Assembly: GCA_951406725.2 (NCBI GenBank)
Contig: OX597819.1
Span: forward strand, 116,684,001-116,748,000
From: Octopus vulgaris
Lineage: Eukaryota
Length of the DNA stretch: 64,000 bases
Direction of reading: 5' to 3'
Shown: positions 26,696 to 40,131 of the stretch, in pieces
How the letters are laid out: each line of letters starts with the position of its first letter
Numbering within the stretch: the stretch's first letter is position 1
Notes under the pieces: model-generated
What the model was told of the DNA's origin: nothing
Databases searched by the model: none
Seen by the model: the letters and a program-made list of their open reading frames with translations, nothing else
Made by a program: the position numbers and the translations under genes

Positions 26696-27007
26696 ATTTC
26701 CTCTCTTTGGTTGCTTTTCTCTCTACGAAACAAGAAATTACGTTGCAGAATTGTACTATTAACGAGTTGTATCTATTTATCAACTGATGAGATACATGTA
26801 AACCGCCGCATGCACCTGAACCAGTCGTTGAGTGTCCCACCCGTGAGGGATCGCTGCTAGTTGTGTAGAAACAAATGTCGTGATTAATAGATTTTAGTAT
26901 ATTCCATCTTCGATCATTTTGTGTTGCCATATACATAACGATCACTGTTAAAGTGATCGTGCTTTACCAGTAAGCTACCAGGTGTAAACCATTCGTTTTA
27001 TTATCCA

Positions 27008-27208
27008 TTACATACGTACATACATACATACATACACACACATACATACATACGTACATACATACATACATACATACATACATACATACATACACACACA
27101 CATACATACATACATACATACATACACACACACACATACATACATACATACATACATACATGCATACATACAAACATACATACATACATACATACATACA
27201 TACATACA

Positions 27209-27252
<44 letters not shown>

Positions 27253-27272
27253 CATATACACACATTACATAC

Positions 27273-27307
<35 letters not shown>

Positions 27308-27510
27308 CATATATACATACATACATACATACATACACACACACATACATACATACATACATACATACATACACACACATACATATATACATACATACAT
27401 GCATACATACATACATACATACATACACACATACCTACATACCTACATACATACATACATACATGCATACATACATACATACATACACACATACATACCT
27501 GCATACATAT
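27008..27510. repeat. (CATA)n-dominated compound microsatellite
   Basis: Directly visible. Confidence 0.95.
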
Positions 27511-27604
27511 ATGATCTTTTATCTCAAATTTCTCTTGGGCACTTGGAAGTGCGAGCTTTAAATTTGTGAGTACATTTCTAATTAATCATATTCTTTCTCA
27601 AATC

Positions 27605-27667
<63 letters not shown>

Positions 27668-27740
27668 CACCTGCTTGTTGTTTATACACTTGTCATTGTC
27701 TTTTGTATTTCTATAAATTTCCACTATTATATATATATTT

Positions 27741-27780
<40 letters not shown>

Positions 27781-27894
27781 AGAACCGGATCATCGTAGTA
27801 ATTTCGGCTGATTAATATATATATATATATATATTTATACATATACGTACACAAACACACACACACACGTATCTATATACAGATAGACATGAAG

Positions 27895-28080
27895 ACGGTC
27901 CGTGAGGTAGTCGTTAGTTGCTGCCCTGACTATTGCAAAATCGTGGGTTCGATTCCCGGGCTTATGTGTGAAAGACATACCAGGCATTCCATTCATTTCC
28001 AAACTCAAAAAGGCGAGTACCGTTCTATGCCCGGTTGAAGCTATGAATGCAACCCCCAAATATCAACGGTGGAGCACGGC
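27895..28080 (+). mobile_element. Diverged tRNA-derived SINE-like element
   Basis: B-box GGGTTCGATTCCC at about 27945-27957 preceded by a degenerate A-box region. Confidence 0.5.
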
Positions 28081-28437
28081 ACCATATGCCTCTCTATCCT
28101 CACCTCATCATGCTGGTTCCGTACCCCTTTGTGTAACGTCAGAATTCTCTCATCCTTTCGTATCACTGTGTACTTGAGCTAAAACTCTTATTATGAGGTT
28201 ACTTGCCAATCCTTTCGACATTAAATGCATAGAAAATCGTACAACTGTACAGGCAGTAGTGATATGCTGGTGCAACAGCAGCAAATCTTCAGTAGCGGAT
28301 TTTACCTATGTTCTAGGATATTGTAAATATATATATTTACAATATAAAAAAATCACTCAAAATTAGGATATCGTAGGATATCAAATAGCATAGAAAAACA
28401 AATCAAGTTTTATTGGAAATCGCGAGTTTTATACATA

Positions 28438-29694
28438 CGAGGGACGTTCAATAAGTAATGCCTCTGACCCACTTGCAGTTGTTGGATCTAGCTGAAAGTT
28501 TGCATGTGCAATCATGTATATCTCTATAGAGTAAGTGGCAAATTACAGCTCTGAATTAATTGTGGTGTCTGATTTACAGGTGTTTGAACCGAGTCAAGTG
28601 TGAAATGGAGCCTGTTGAGTGTCGAGCAGTGATCCGGTTTTTGTATTTGAAAGGACGCACACCACGGGAGACTTTTGATGAAATGAAAGTAACTTATGGT
28701 GATGATGCCCCATCATATGACCTTGTAAAACGCTGGCATCGTGAATTCAAACATGGTCGGAACACTGTGGAAACAGCTCCCAGATCTGGTCGCCCCTACT
28801 GCCATTGATGAGGCATCTGTCCGTCAAGTTGAGGCTGCCATTTTGGAAGATCGATGCATAATTATTCGCCAAATAGCCCATGAGGTCAAGATTAGTACCG
28901 GGTCTGTGGAAACTATCATTCATGACCATTTGCATATGCAAAAGGTGTCTGCCAGATGGATTCCCAGGTTGCTCACGCCTTTCCAGAAGCAAGAACGCGT
29001 CGAGTGCTCGAGGGTGAATTTAGAGATGTGCCAAGAAGATGAGTCAAAATTTTTCAAAAGACTGATTACAGAGACCAAAGCCCAGTCAATGCAGTGGAAG
29101 CACCGTGACTCACCCCCTCCAAAGAAGGCAAGGGTGCAGCCCTCCGCTGGCAAGGTCATGCTGACAGTCTTCTGGGACCAGGACGGAGTAGTGATGACAG
29201 ATCTTTTGGCAAAGGGTACCACAATTGCAGGAGCCTATTATGCTTCACTTTTTAGGAAATTAAGAGAAGTTATCAAAATCAAGAGGCGGGGCAAGATCAG
29301 CAAAGGCATCCTCCTCCTGCAGGACAATGCTCCGGTCCACAACTTGTGTGTCGCCAGATCAGAAGCACATGCGTATGGCTATGAACTCCTTCCCCCATCC
29401 CCTACTCTCCTGACCTTGCACCCTCTGATTTTCACTTCTTCCCAGCCATGAAGTTGTTTTTGAAAGGAAAGCGTTTCCCAGATGATGCAGCCTTGATTTC
29501 TGAAGTCACGTTCAGGTTGGAGGACCAAGCTGGGGTCTTCTACAAAAACGGTCTCCAGAGATGCATCAAACAATGGGAGAAATGCGTAACTCTGGGTGGT
29601 TCCTATGTACAAAAAGACTAATAACTGTGCCAAGTTTCGTTGCTCTACTGCTATGGGAAGTGGGTCAGGGGCATTACTTATTGAACGCCCCTCG
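28438..29694 (+). mobile_element. Mariner transposon (irritans-like), inactivated copy 1
   Basis: TA-flanked TIRs CGAGGG(A/G)CGTTCAATAAGTAATGCC; WIPRLLT and LLQDNAP motifs; ORF starts at ATG 28605, carries frameshifts and lacks QDETWVHHYDP. Confidence 0.95.
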
Positions 29695-30109
29695 TATGTA
29701 CATGTGTTTCCATGCGCGAGCGTGTGTACGTGTGTCAGTGCGTGCATGTATGTATGTGCATATGTGCATATATGTATATGTGTGTGTGTGTGTTTGTGTC
29801 TGTCTGTCTGTCTATCTGTATATTAGTTTATGGGATACATACCAAGCAATTAATCACTGTGGCCAATTTTTTTCCGAGTGCTGTTATATAAATATCTCAT
29901 CGAAGTTAATTGCAATGCAGTCTCATAATTGTTATTGCATACAGATAACTGTCCCTTTACACCACTAACAGAAAACAATATTTTTGTTTCTTTTCAAGTG
30001 GCAGATATGTGATTCATGAAAGCTTTACGGGTTGCCATAAGCAGCCTCAGAATCGCAATCTTCGTTACAAATTCGGCATTTAAGAAAATATTGTTAACTA
30101 TATCTAGAG

Positions 30110-30143
<34 letters not shown>

Positions 30144-30283
30144 TTGTCTCTCTCCCTATTTTTCCCTCTCTCTTCGTCTCTCTGTCTATCTGCATAGCTC
30201 TGTGATTAGGAGGCTAATGCTGTGCAACAATTTGTTTCTTGTTCTGTCCCACTGCACGACATTTGAGCATCTTCTACTATGTG

Positions 30284-30510
30284 GAAGCGAGTGGCTTCGT
30301 GGTTACGGTGTTGAATGCATGACCTTAAGGTTGTAGTTTCGATTCCTGGACCGGGCGAGGCGTTGTGTTCTTGAGCAAAACACTTCATTTTCACGTTGCA
30401 CCAGTCCACTCAGCTGGCAAAATTGAGCAATCCTGCGACGGACAGGCGTCCCATCCAGGTGGGGAATTTCTACGTCATTGAAACCGGGAAATCGGCCCTT
30501 ATGAGCCTGG
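30284..30510 (+). mobile_element. tRNA-derived SINE with Meta/V-domain-like core
   Basis: tRNA head, TTGAGCAAAACACTT..TTTCACGTTGC body, then CTGCGACGGACAGGCGTCCCATCCAGG..GAAACCGGG; domain name assigned from recall. Confidence 0.7.
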
Positions 30511-30682
30511 CAGGGCTCGAGAAGGAAGGAACATATTTTACTATCACTCCCGTTCCAGAGATGCATCATGAGTGGATTTTATTGGCATAAACTCATCCTA
30601 TACATACATACATACATACATACATACATACATACATACATACATACATACATACATACATACATACATACATACATACATA

Positions 30683-31140
30683 GACGTGACAGTGATTTGG
30701 GATAGGAAGAGAAACAGTACAGATGTGTCAATCTATTTGTATACTACACAGGTTATAATTTCAAGATTGTACTTATTGGGGCACTGGGATGTGTAGCTCA
30801 CTGCCTTGGTAACGATCCTGAGAAATTAGGCTTCTCGCAACCAGGAAGGACAAAGCTGATTCGAAAACTACATATCGACTCCATCGCTGGTGCGTTAAAA
30901 TTCTGTAAAACTTTCCAGAAATGTATCTTTAAGTATATATGAGCATGTCTAGACATGCAACTATATGCATTACAAAGCATACATAAAAGAAAAGATACAA
31001 ATCTGAACATGCACTGACTCCAAATACTGGAAATGCTCATGCATGCAAAACTACTCTGTTGATGTTGCAGAAATTCCAATGAAGGTGTCTTGGATTTAGG
31101 ACGAAATCGTGAAGAAATACTGAAATTAAACTGAATAATT
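30683..31140 (+). mobile_element. RLE-type (R4/Dong-like) LINE 3' fragment in (CATA)n
   Basis: DVTVIWDR..IGALGCVAHCLGNDPEKLGFSQPGRTKLIRKLHIDSIAGALKFCKTFQK; 3' UTR palindrome GCATGTCTAGACATGC. Confidence 0.8.
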
Positions 31141-31247
31141 ACATGCATAAATGCATGGATGCATACATGCATACATACATTCATACATACGTACACACAT
31201 ACATACGTGCATACGTACAGGCATCTATACATAGATACAGGCACATA

Positions 31248-31800
31248 CAGAAGAGGAACTTTGTGCAGTTGTGCAAATCAGCTACTCCGCGCATATTAGC
31301 ATAATGCTGTAGATCAGTGAAAGAGAGAATACTTCCGTTGAACTATTGGGAAATCTGCAGTTACTCTATCCAGATTCGAAACTTCAGGTTTACACCTGTA
31401 ATTATTGGGACACGGGGATATGTAACACTCTGCCAAAGTACGAATCTTGAGAAATTAGGCTTCTTAGATGCAGAAAAGAGCAAGCTGATTCGAAGACTAC
31501 ATATCGAAGCAATCACTAGAACTGTAAAAATTTGTGAATCTTTCCAGAAGTTTGCCATTTAATTATATATGCGCATGTCTAGACATGCATCTAGATGGAT
31601 GACGGTACATGCATACATAAAACAAAATATACAAACCTGAACATGCATTGATTGCAAATACTGCACATATACACACACATATATACACAAATACCCTGGT
31701 GATGTTGCTGAAATTCCAATGAAGCTGCCTTGTATCTAGGTTCGAAAGCGGCTCTTTCTCCATCGGCAAGAAATCTTGAAATAAAACTGAATAATGCCAT
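31248..31800 (+). mobile_element. RLE-type (R4/Dong-like) LINE 3' fragment, second tandem copy
   Basis: FRFTPVIIGTRGYVT..NLEKLGF..KLIRRLHIEAITRTVKICESFQKF*; same 3' UTR as 30683-31140. Confidence 0.8.
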
Positions 31801-32517
31801 ACTTATATGCCTTTGTGCATATATGTACATGTATGTGTCTGTTTATGCGTGTGTTATAAGTGTGCGTATTTGCGCATATATGTATGTGTGGGTGTTCGTG
31901 GTTCTCCAGCATGGTTGCACTCCATACACAAAAGCAAAAACAAGATCCATATAATTGTTAGTGTAAACACGTTGACACTCTGTGCATAGGAAGGTGAAAT
32001 TTAGGAAAGCATTCTGGTTTAGGTACAACTAAGGTACAGACTCATTCGACACCAGTATACGATTGGTAATTTAAGTCATCAACCCCTACAAAATGAACGC
32101 CTATGGTGATGATTAGTATTATATGTCGGAACTAATACCAAAAAGTAATTTTGTGCGACACACTAACAATTCGGCCAGATTCACACCGTAGACTTAGTGT
32201 CGTATATAACAATGACTTTAGTAGAAATTGTTTTCAACAATGGTTTACTTGTATTTTATTTTAAAACGATATTTACTTTTCAATGATACTGGTATTAATC
32301 ACAGAAAAATTGTCTAAATGAAATTCCTTACATGAAAATCGGTAAATAGTTGAATAAATAGATACATGAACAGAAGTATCATATGCTGCTCGGATTTAAC
32401 GGGTTAAAGTTTTAAGGAGTTATAAAAAAGAAGGGACGATGGGTTATTCAGAAAATGTTTAACTTAAACACACACACGCAGAGACACACATAAAGAAAGA
32501 GAGAGAAAGAGAGAGAT

Positions 32518-32566
<49 letters not shown>

Positions 32567-33547
32567 AGGATTTGGGAGGTAGTAGAATAACTGGTAAAAT
32601 GAGGGGATGAAAAAGAACAAAAGAAAGTGAGGTAAGAATTAGAGAAGGAAAGGAAGTCCAAAGGCGAGGAAAGGAGCTGGGAGACAGGAAAGAAAAGGGA
32701 AGACTTGAAGGAAGAAAAACAAAAAGAAAAGTACAGAGGAAATGTGTAGATGTACAAAGAGAAGACGGATGTAGAGTTTATTAAGTAGGAGCAAAATGGA
32801 AGAAAATAGAGGAAGTTTGGTTGAATTAGGTGAAGGACATGAGGGGGCCATTAGTGAAATAGAAAGGAGAGAGTGAGTGCGCGAAAGGGAGAAAGTGACG
32901 GAGGGGAACAGAGAAAGAAAGAGAGAGAGAGCGAGAGAGAGAGAGAGAGAGAGCGAACGAAAGAGAGAAAGAGACGAAGGGGAACAGAGAAAGAAAGAGA
33001 GAGAGATAGTCAGAGAGATATATATAGAGAGAGAGCAAGAGGAAACAACAAGAAATGAATGAGTAGAAATTTAGAGAAAGAAAGATGTCTCGATTTGTAT
33101 ACAATATAATCGCGTCCTATGTAATTCAGGAGCTGGAGGTGTGGAACAATAGTACGGCTAAATGTAAGTAGTGACAAGACAGAAGTGTAATTGTCGCAGC
33201 AAGTTAAATACGTGGAAAGATTATAAACACGAGAGAGAGAGATTAGAGTTTCCGTATAAGCAGTTTCACTAATCACGTATGGACTGGCCCGAGGGTATGG
33301 GGCATACGCTTACTAATCATACAACCCACTGAGAAAGAACACGTCATTGCGCAGCAGAAACATTTAGTCATAGAGCCCCTGGACACTCGCCGATCTCAGC
33401 AGAATCGGAAACACACACGAGTATATACATATAACTATGTACATCTGTTCATGCGAGTATACTTACAAACACACACAATCACACACACACATCCACAAAC
33501 GTACGTACTCATACACTAACACACACAAACACAGGTGTGTGACTGTG

Positions 33548-33603
<56 letters not shown>

Positions 33604-33612
33604 TATGTGTGA

Positions 33613-33671
<59 letters not shown>

Positions 33672-33672
33672 A

Positions 33673-33709
<37 letters not shown>

Positions 33710-34944
33710 TGTATGTATGTATCGATAGATGTATATATTTGTGTATGTATATTAACTTTCTAGGCTTAAACCGGATACTTTCCATTAGATTACAATTACA
33801 GTTAGAAGTATCGCTAATGATACGTTGGAAGTTCACACGAAATACCTGTCTGTCGGATATGAGGTTCATAACGATCACGGAATTCTGTAGAAAATAGGTG
33901 ACAGGTGAAGTAACTTACATAAATATACGATGTAATGTAGGTCAATTTGTAAGTGATACGTTGTTGCTTGGCATTTCTAGAATCTTTGCATATATCCGTG
34001 TTAATTTTCTTTTTACATATTATAAATACAAATCAGTAAAGTAAACATTATCACTTTATCAGCTGCTCATAGGTCATACATTGTAGACCGAATTATGCAT
34101 TTTCTAATCCCCTCTACTATTTACTAGTAGATGGGAAAGCGAGCGTCTTGCTTTTTCGAGAGCAAAATGTAATAAGATAAGTTTACTTTATTGCTGTTCT
34201 CCATATGTTTGATTAAAGTTTTATGGCTGAGGTGACATGTAGAATTAGAATTATTGCCATCTTCACTTCTCTGCTTCACGTTAGTATTCACTGGTGATTT
34301 TGAACATGCAAGTAACAACTGTCGTTCGAGTTGGTTCTGATATATTACATCTTTCATGCTAGCGTTGAATTTATATCTCTGAACTGTGCTTAGTGGAGGA
34401 AAAGCTACGTATATTGTATAGAAAATGTCTAAACATACGTGACTAACATTTTCGCTAAAACTGAGGCATGGAATTTTAATTTTTTTGTCAGGACTATTCT
34501 ATGTCACCGACATTCCCAACGGGAATGTGACATAAAAATAGGCGAAATAAGCTATAACATAATTGTAATAATGTGCTGCCAGCCAAAGATGTAAGTTTGA
34601 ATATCCCAGTACTAATGTCACTGATCAGGTTTCTTAAGCCCAAAGTGGTGGCAAAATCTAATATCCATATATAAAACTTTTCATTTGGTTTACTATAGGT
34701 TATCTGTATATTTGTACTTAAGATATATATGTACGTGTGTGCGCATAATATATGGATACAGAAATATATGGACATGCTGAAACAGGCACTCATAGAGGAA
34801 TATGTGCAGGGATGCATACTTATATATGGACAAATGTACACATATATGCATACATCCTCATACATACACACAAACACACACACAGGCACAGACACATAGA
34901 CGCACACAGGTTTATATAAAATATTTATATTTGTATATATATAA

Positions 34945-34991
<47 letters not shown>

Positions 34992-36629
34992 CACACACAC
35001 ATATATATATATATATATTCATATATATGGATACATAACTATATGCACACACTCTCACACACATACTTAATGGAATATGTGCTTTAATGGATACGCATGT
35101 ATGAGTAGATAATAGTTATGAAAGCACACACATACAGGCATATATATATATATATGTTTATATATATATATATATATATTCAAAATTATTGAGAAACACA
35201 TATGTATATGCACTCATACGTGCGCACATACACATACACAGATTTCTTGCAAATCTTTGATATGAACGCTTCTTTAGAATGTCAAGCAAAGCTATCTGAT
35301 TTTCCAGGAAATGGTGCAAAATTTAATTGTGCTATGTACCCCCTCAAATGTATTGGTGCATGGAGATATGCAATATATATTAGTTTTCTCTTATTCAGTA
35401 TATGTCATGGCTTATACTCTAAGGTATGTGCAATTATACGCTAGACCGCCTGAAGTCTATATATATAACTCATAAGCAAATATACAAAATGAATCGAAGC
35501 ATATATAGACTTTATGTGTCACTATTATGTCTCATTCTAAATGGATGTTCATTTGAACAGTGTCTGTATTATTATACATTATATATGATCGACATATTTT
35601 CCAGATATTAATACATATTTTCTTCTTGATTTTATGCCGGTAGTCATACGTGATATCGTGCACAGTAAGGTACACATGCATATATAATACAAGCAGTTAT
35701 AATTCAGAAACAGATTGATGTATACATACATGCATACATTTATATATATATACATACTTACATACCTACATACACAGAGTCACAGACAGACACACACACA
35801 CACCAATACACGTATGAATATCGAATAGAATATCTTCCATTAGATACGAATATAGTATGGTAAATATTTATGATACGACTTAATATATTTTCATGCCAGA
35901 CATTTGTACGTTGTCTGAATCATTTTGTATTTTCTACAACAGGTTTCACAATGTGCTGACTTGTAGCTATTACCCAGTGTGTGTGTGTAGCTACTACCCA
36001 GTCACTGAAATCTATGCAGAATAAATTAATACAGAATGTTCTCTACTAGAAAAGAAAAAAAAAATCATAATAAAATGGCTGCGTTTAGACTGGCATTCGA
36101 GCGATAGATTCTTGATACATAAAAACATTAGTCTCAATTTCTACTTCTAGCGTAAGAACGGGACTGTGTTAAGTTATATGGATGAAGCAAGAATTCAAAT
36201 ACATATATAAATAAACACAACTGAATTATATATAAAACTACAAAAGTATTTGGTCTGTCACTAACAAATACACGATTTATATATATTCAAAGCAATTCCA
36301 AAATTTATATAGAAAAACGACAGAACATCAAGTGATGCTACAAAAAATAAGCGTCGATGCTAGCATTTGTGTCAAGCATAAGCAAAACACAGTACAAACC
36401 ATATAGAATACTTAAGACAATGGACGACAAAAGCATTCGCATTAACAGCCTCATATATTATCTTCAAATAATAACCAAAAAGCTATTTTAATTTTCACAC
36501 ATTTCTTGGAACAATTTTTAGAAATGACGGAAAGAAAAGAGATAAAACAAATTAACATTAGACACCTCTCACTTGTATCACAAATTATCTCCATTTTCTT
36601 TATTTTTTAATATAAACAAAAAACCAATA

Positions 36630-38022
36630 ACGAATGTAAAAACTCAATGTAAGACAAAACTCACAAAGTTCACCTAATAAGCTTAGCTAAACGAAACATA
36701 ATAAAACGGGAATGATGGATCAGTGAGTGGCACATGTTCTATCGGCTGCTCAACCGATGGAGATGCTGTTCGAAGTGAAAGTGTGATTTGGTTTTACAAA
36801 GTTAAAAATAGATGTACCTCAATATTTGTTGTTGCCATTAAATTTCATCAGGAACTGTAAATAGATAGTTTAGTAGATTAACATTTAAAATAGATTCACT
36901 ATGTCAGAAATATTTTGTTTATATGTATATTAGATTGAGTGCAATCACACATTTTCTTGAGAATATATCGAATATCAAATATGTCAACAGATATCTTAAA
37001 AATTGCAAAATTAGGGAAGTAGTTTTATACATGAAGCAACAATGAAACAACGTGTGGAGGATGTGTATGAATATAAATAAGAAAACCCACTCTTAGTCAT
37101 CCTTTGTATCCAAAAATAAACTCATGACATCGGTAGGTAATTTAAATAAAAAGTCCACATCGAAATCCACCACTATCCAACACATGGAAGGAAGTATTAC
37201 ACGGTGGTCTCACGCGAAAGTTGCAGAAGCAATCTTAATTGCGCACTCAGCACGAATTACAAATGAAGAGATAGGAGAACACAAGGTAACATATCACAGA
37301 CAGAAATATATCTAGTTTTGTGGGAAAAAAAAGATTTGCATTAAATTAATTTCTCAGACAAGTAAGTCGAATATTACGATTATTGAAATTGAAGGAATGA
37401 AAGTTAAAATTTTGTATTATACAAATTAGTATTGGTTACTTCTTCTTGATAGAAAAAAATTAATAAAGGTTTTGGAGGATGAATAGATTAAAATTTATAA
37501 GTCTATTCTAAAATTTTTAAACATATACGATGTATAATTTATGTTTTGTATACAGCTGTGACGTTTATTGGTGAATGAATTAAATTATACTATATTGGAA
37601 TTACAAAATTTCTTTAAATTTATAAAATTAAACCAGCTTTGAAATTTCATTGAAATCTTATAAAAATATTACGTACTTAGTTATTAGCTTTTACAATATG
37701 CCGCAAGAGATTTTTAATAATAATACGTATGAAAATATTTTATATGACATGATGATAAGATGCAGATGAGGAAAACAAGATTAGCATTAGCAAAAACAAT
37801 TAATCCATTATATTTTTTGATCATCAAAGGTGGAAGGAATGAAATATATCTCGCATAGAAACTTAATAAGTTGTTAATGTGTTTTGTATAGAGGTAAGCA
37901 GATGATATATGATGCATAAATTATTAATGGCGGTGATGTTAACAATAATACCTCTAATAGTATCTACAATTTTACTTTGTGTCATAACCAAATATAGAGA
38001 AATTATAAGACTCTTGCAAGCA
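36630..38022 (+). pseudogene. Possible relic exons of an EGF-repeat (MEGF/SCARF-like) type I membrane protein
   Basis: ECKNSM..SVSGTCSIGCSTDG (36632-36780) then GT; ECNHTF..TCGGC (about 36937-37068); hydrophobic LLMAVMLTIIPLIVSTILLCVITKYR ending at GTAAGT 38023; many stops and frameshifts. Confidence 0.4.
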
Positions 38023-38251
38023 GTAAGTAAATTTCTCTCTATATACTATTGTGGAAATATCTCGTCTCGAGCTAATGGGAGGTTGTTAAGTAGGAAATAC
38101 ATTTATAATCAAGACAGGAAGAAAATATAGACATGGGTAGATTTTAGATTCAAGTAGGTTGCAAAAATAATCAGGTTTAATACGCATTCTACAATAAATA
38201 CGAACAGAAATATATTGCAAATTATCAAAACTTTTCCCCCATAAAGAAACA

Positions 38252-38414
38252 AGGAGCAGGAGTGGCTGTGTGGTAAGTAGCTTGCTAACCAACCACATGG
38301 CTCCGGGTTCAGTCCCACTGCGTGGCATCTTGAGCAATTGCTTTCTGCTATAGCCCCGGGCCGACCAATGCCTTGTGAGTGGATTTGGTAGACGGAATCT
38401 GAAAGAAGCCTGTC

Positions 38415-38469
<55 letters not shown>

Positions 38470-38678
38470 TGTGTGTCTGTGTTTGTCCCCCAAGCATTGC
38501 TTGACAACCGATGCTGGTGTGTTTACGTCCCCGTCACTTTGCGGTTCGGCAAAAGAGACCGATAGAATAAGTACTGGGCTTACAAAGAATAAGTCTCGGG
38601 GTCTATTTGCTCGACTAAAGGCGGTGCTCCAGCATGGCCGCAGTCAAATGACTGAAACAAGTAAAAGAGTAAAAAGAG
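38252..38678 (+). mobile_element. SINE family A, full length
   Basis: Head, internal (TA)n and tail as in other copies. Confidence 0.92.
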
Positions 38679-38869
38679 AAAGGGTAATAAATTTCCTATG
38701 GTACTGAAGTGTAGACTTACGTACGCATTTCCATTCGTGACTCTTAGTTATGTCAAAAACATTGGTGCAGCTGAGGACGCCTTTATAGATAAGATGAAAT
38801 TCGTTAAGAGAGAATGTGCACACTTGTAAATGTAGATTAAATTATTTCCTATTGCTGTTCCATTGTTTG

Positions 38870-39121
38870 TGGAAGACCAGCAGTCGCTCATGCATACCAG
38901 CCTCCCCTCTCCACACCACTGATGTTATCTAAGGGAAAGGCAAAAGACGACGCAGCTTGGCACCATTGATGTCGCAACGCATTTCTACAGCTGAGTGAGC
39001 TGGAGCAACGTGAAATAAAGTGTCTTGCTCAAGAGCACAACACGCAGCCCAGTCAGGGAATCGAACTCACAACCTCACGATCGTAAGTTCTAGGCTCTAA
39101 CCACTGAGCCATGCGCCTTCA
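38870..39121 (-). mobile_element. tRNA-derived SINE (family C body, distinct tail)
   Basis: Minus strand GGCGCATGGCTCAGTGGTTAGAGC..GAGTTCGATTCCC..TTGAGCAAGACACTTTATTTCACGTTGCTCCAG. Confidence 0.85.
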
Positions 39122-39190
39122 CAGAATGGAATTCACAATAGGTAATATATATAATTTTTTTCGGAAAAAAAAATTATCCTACATTAGATG

Positions 39191-39220
<30 letters not shown>

Positions 39221-39221
<1 letters not shown>

Positions 39222-39623
39222 TACTCTTTTACTTGTTTCAAGCATTTGACTGCGGCCATACTGGAGCACCGCCTTTAGTCGAGCAAATCCACCCCAGGAC
39301 TTATTCTTTGTAAGCTTATAGTACTTATTGTGTCGGTCACTTTTGCAGAACCGCGAAGTTACGTGGACGTAATCACAGACACACAAACATATAAACGATG
39401 TTGGGGGGGGGGGTCAAACACAGACACACAAACATATAAGCACACATACACAAATATATATACATATATACGATGGGCTTCTTTCAGTTGACGTCTACCA
39501 AATCCACTCAAAAGTCTTCTCCTCAGCCCGAGGATGTAATAGAAGACACTTGGCCAAAGTGTCACGCTGTAGATATGAACCCGGAACCATATGGTTAGTA
39601 AGCAAGCTGCTTTCCACACAACC
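39221..39623 (-). mobile_element. SINE family A, diverged
   Basis: Reverse-complement homology to 38252-38678. Confidence 0.85.
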
Positions 39624-40100
39624 TTATTAGTGTAGAAGGTCTCAGCATGACTTGTCTCTTCCATACTGGCTGAATGTCTAAACATCTCGAAGCAACCGAG
39701 CAAGGCTCCTTAAATAAATGCGAATGAAAGCAGACTAGTGAGAAGGTATTTAAAAAAATACATTTTGACTTTTACGAATCTATATTTCCAAGTCTTTGCG
39801 TATAGTATAGATGTACAAACTCGCTTTGTACAGCTATGCGATACATGTACTAATACTCGTTCGTATATTTTAACATATATTGTGCTCATGATTGGAAGAA
39901 AATCTATTTAAGATTTTAATTTTGAAGTTTATTAAGTCGCAATTAATGTAGTGTCTTTTTTAAACTTCTTCTCACTAACTCGCTTTCAATCGCATGCATT
40001 TATGGAGTTTTCTCGGTAGCTTCGTAATCTTTAGACATACATGCTGTATGGAGAAGAAGCGTTACGTTTCTACTTTCTTCCGCAAAATGATTATATATAA

Positions 40101-40131
<31 letters not shown>

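Noticed and set aside
38771-38805. CTGAGGA..GAAA motif
   Set aside because: Stems pair poorly; compatible with chance
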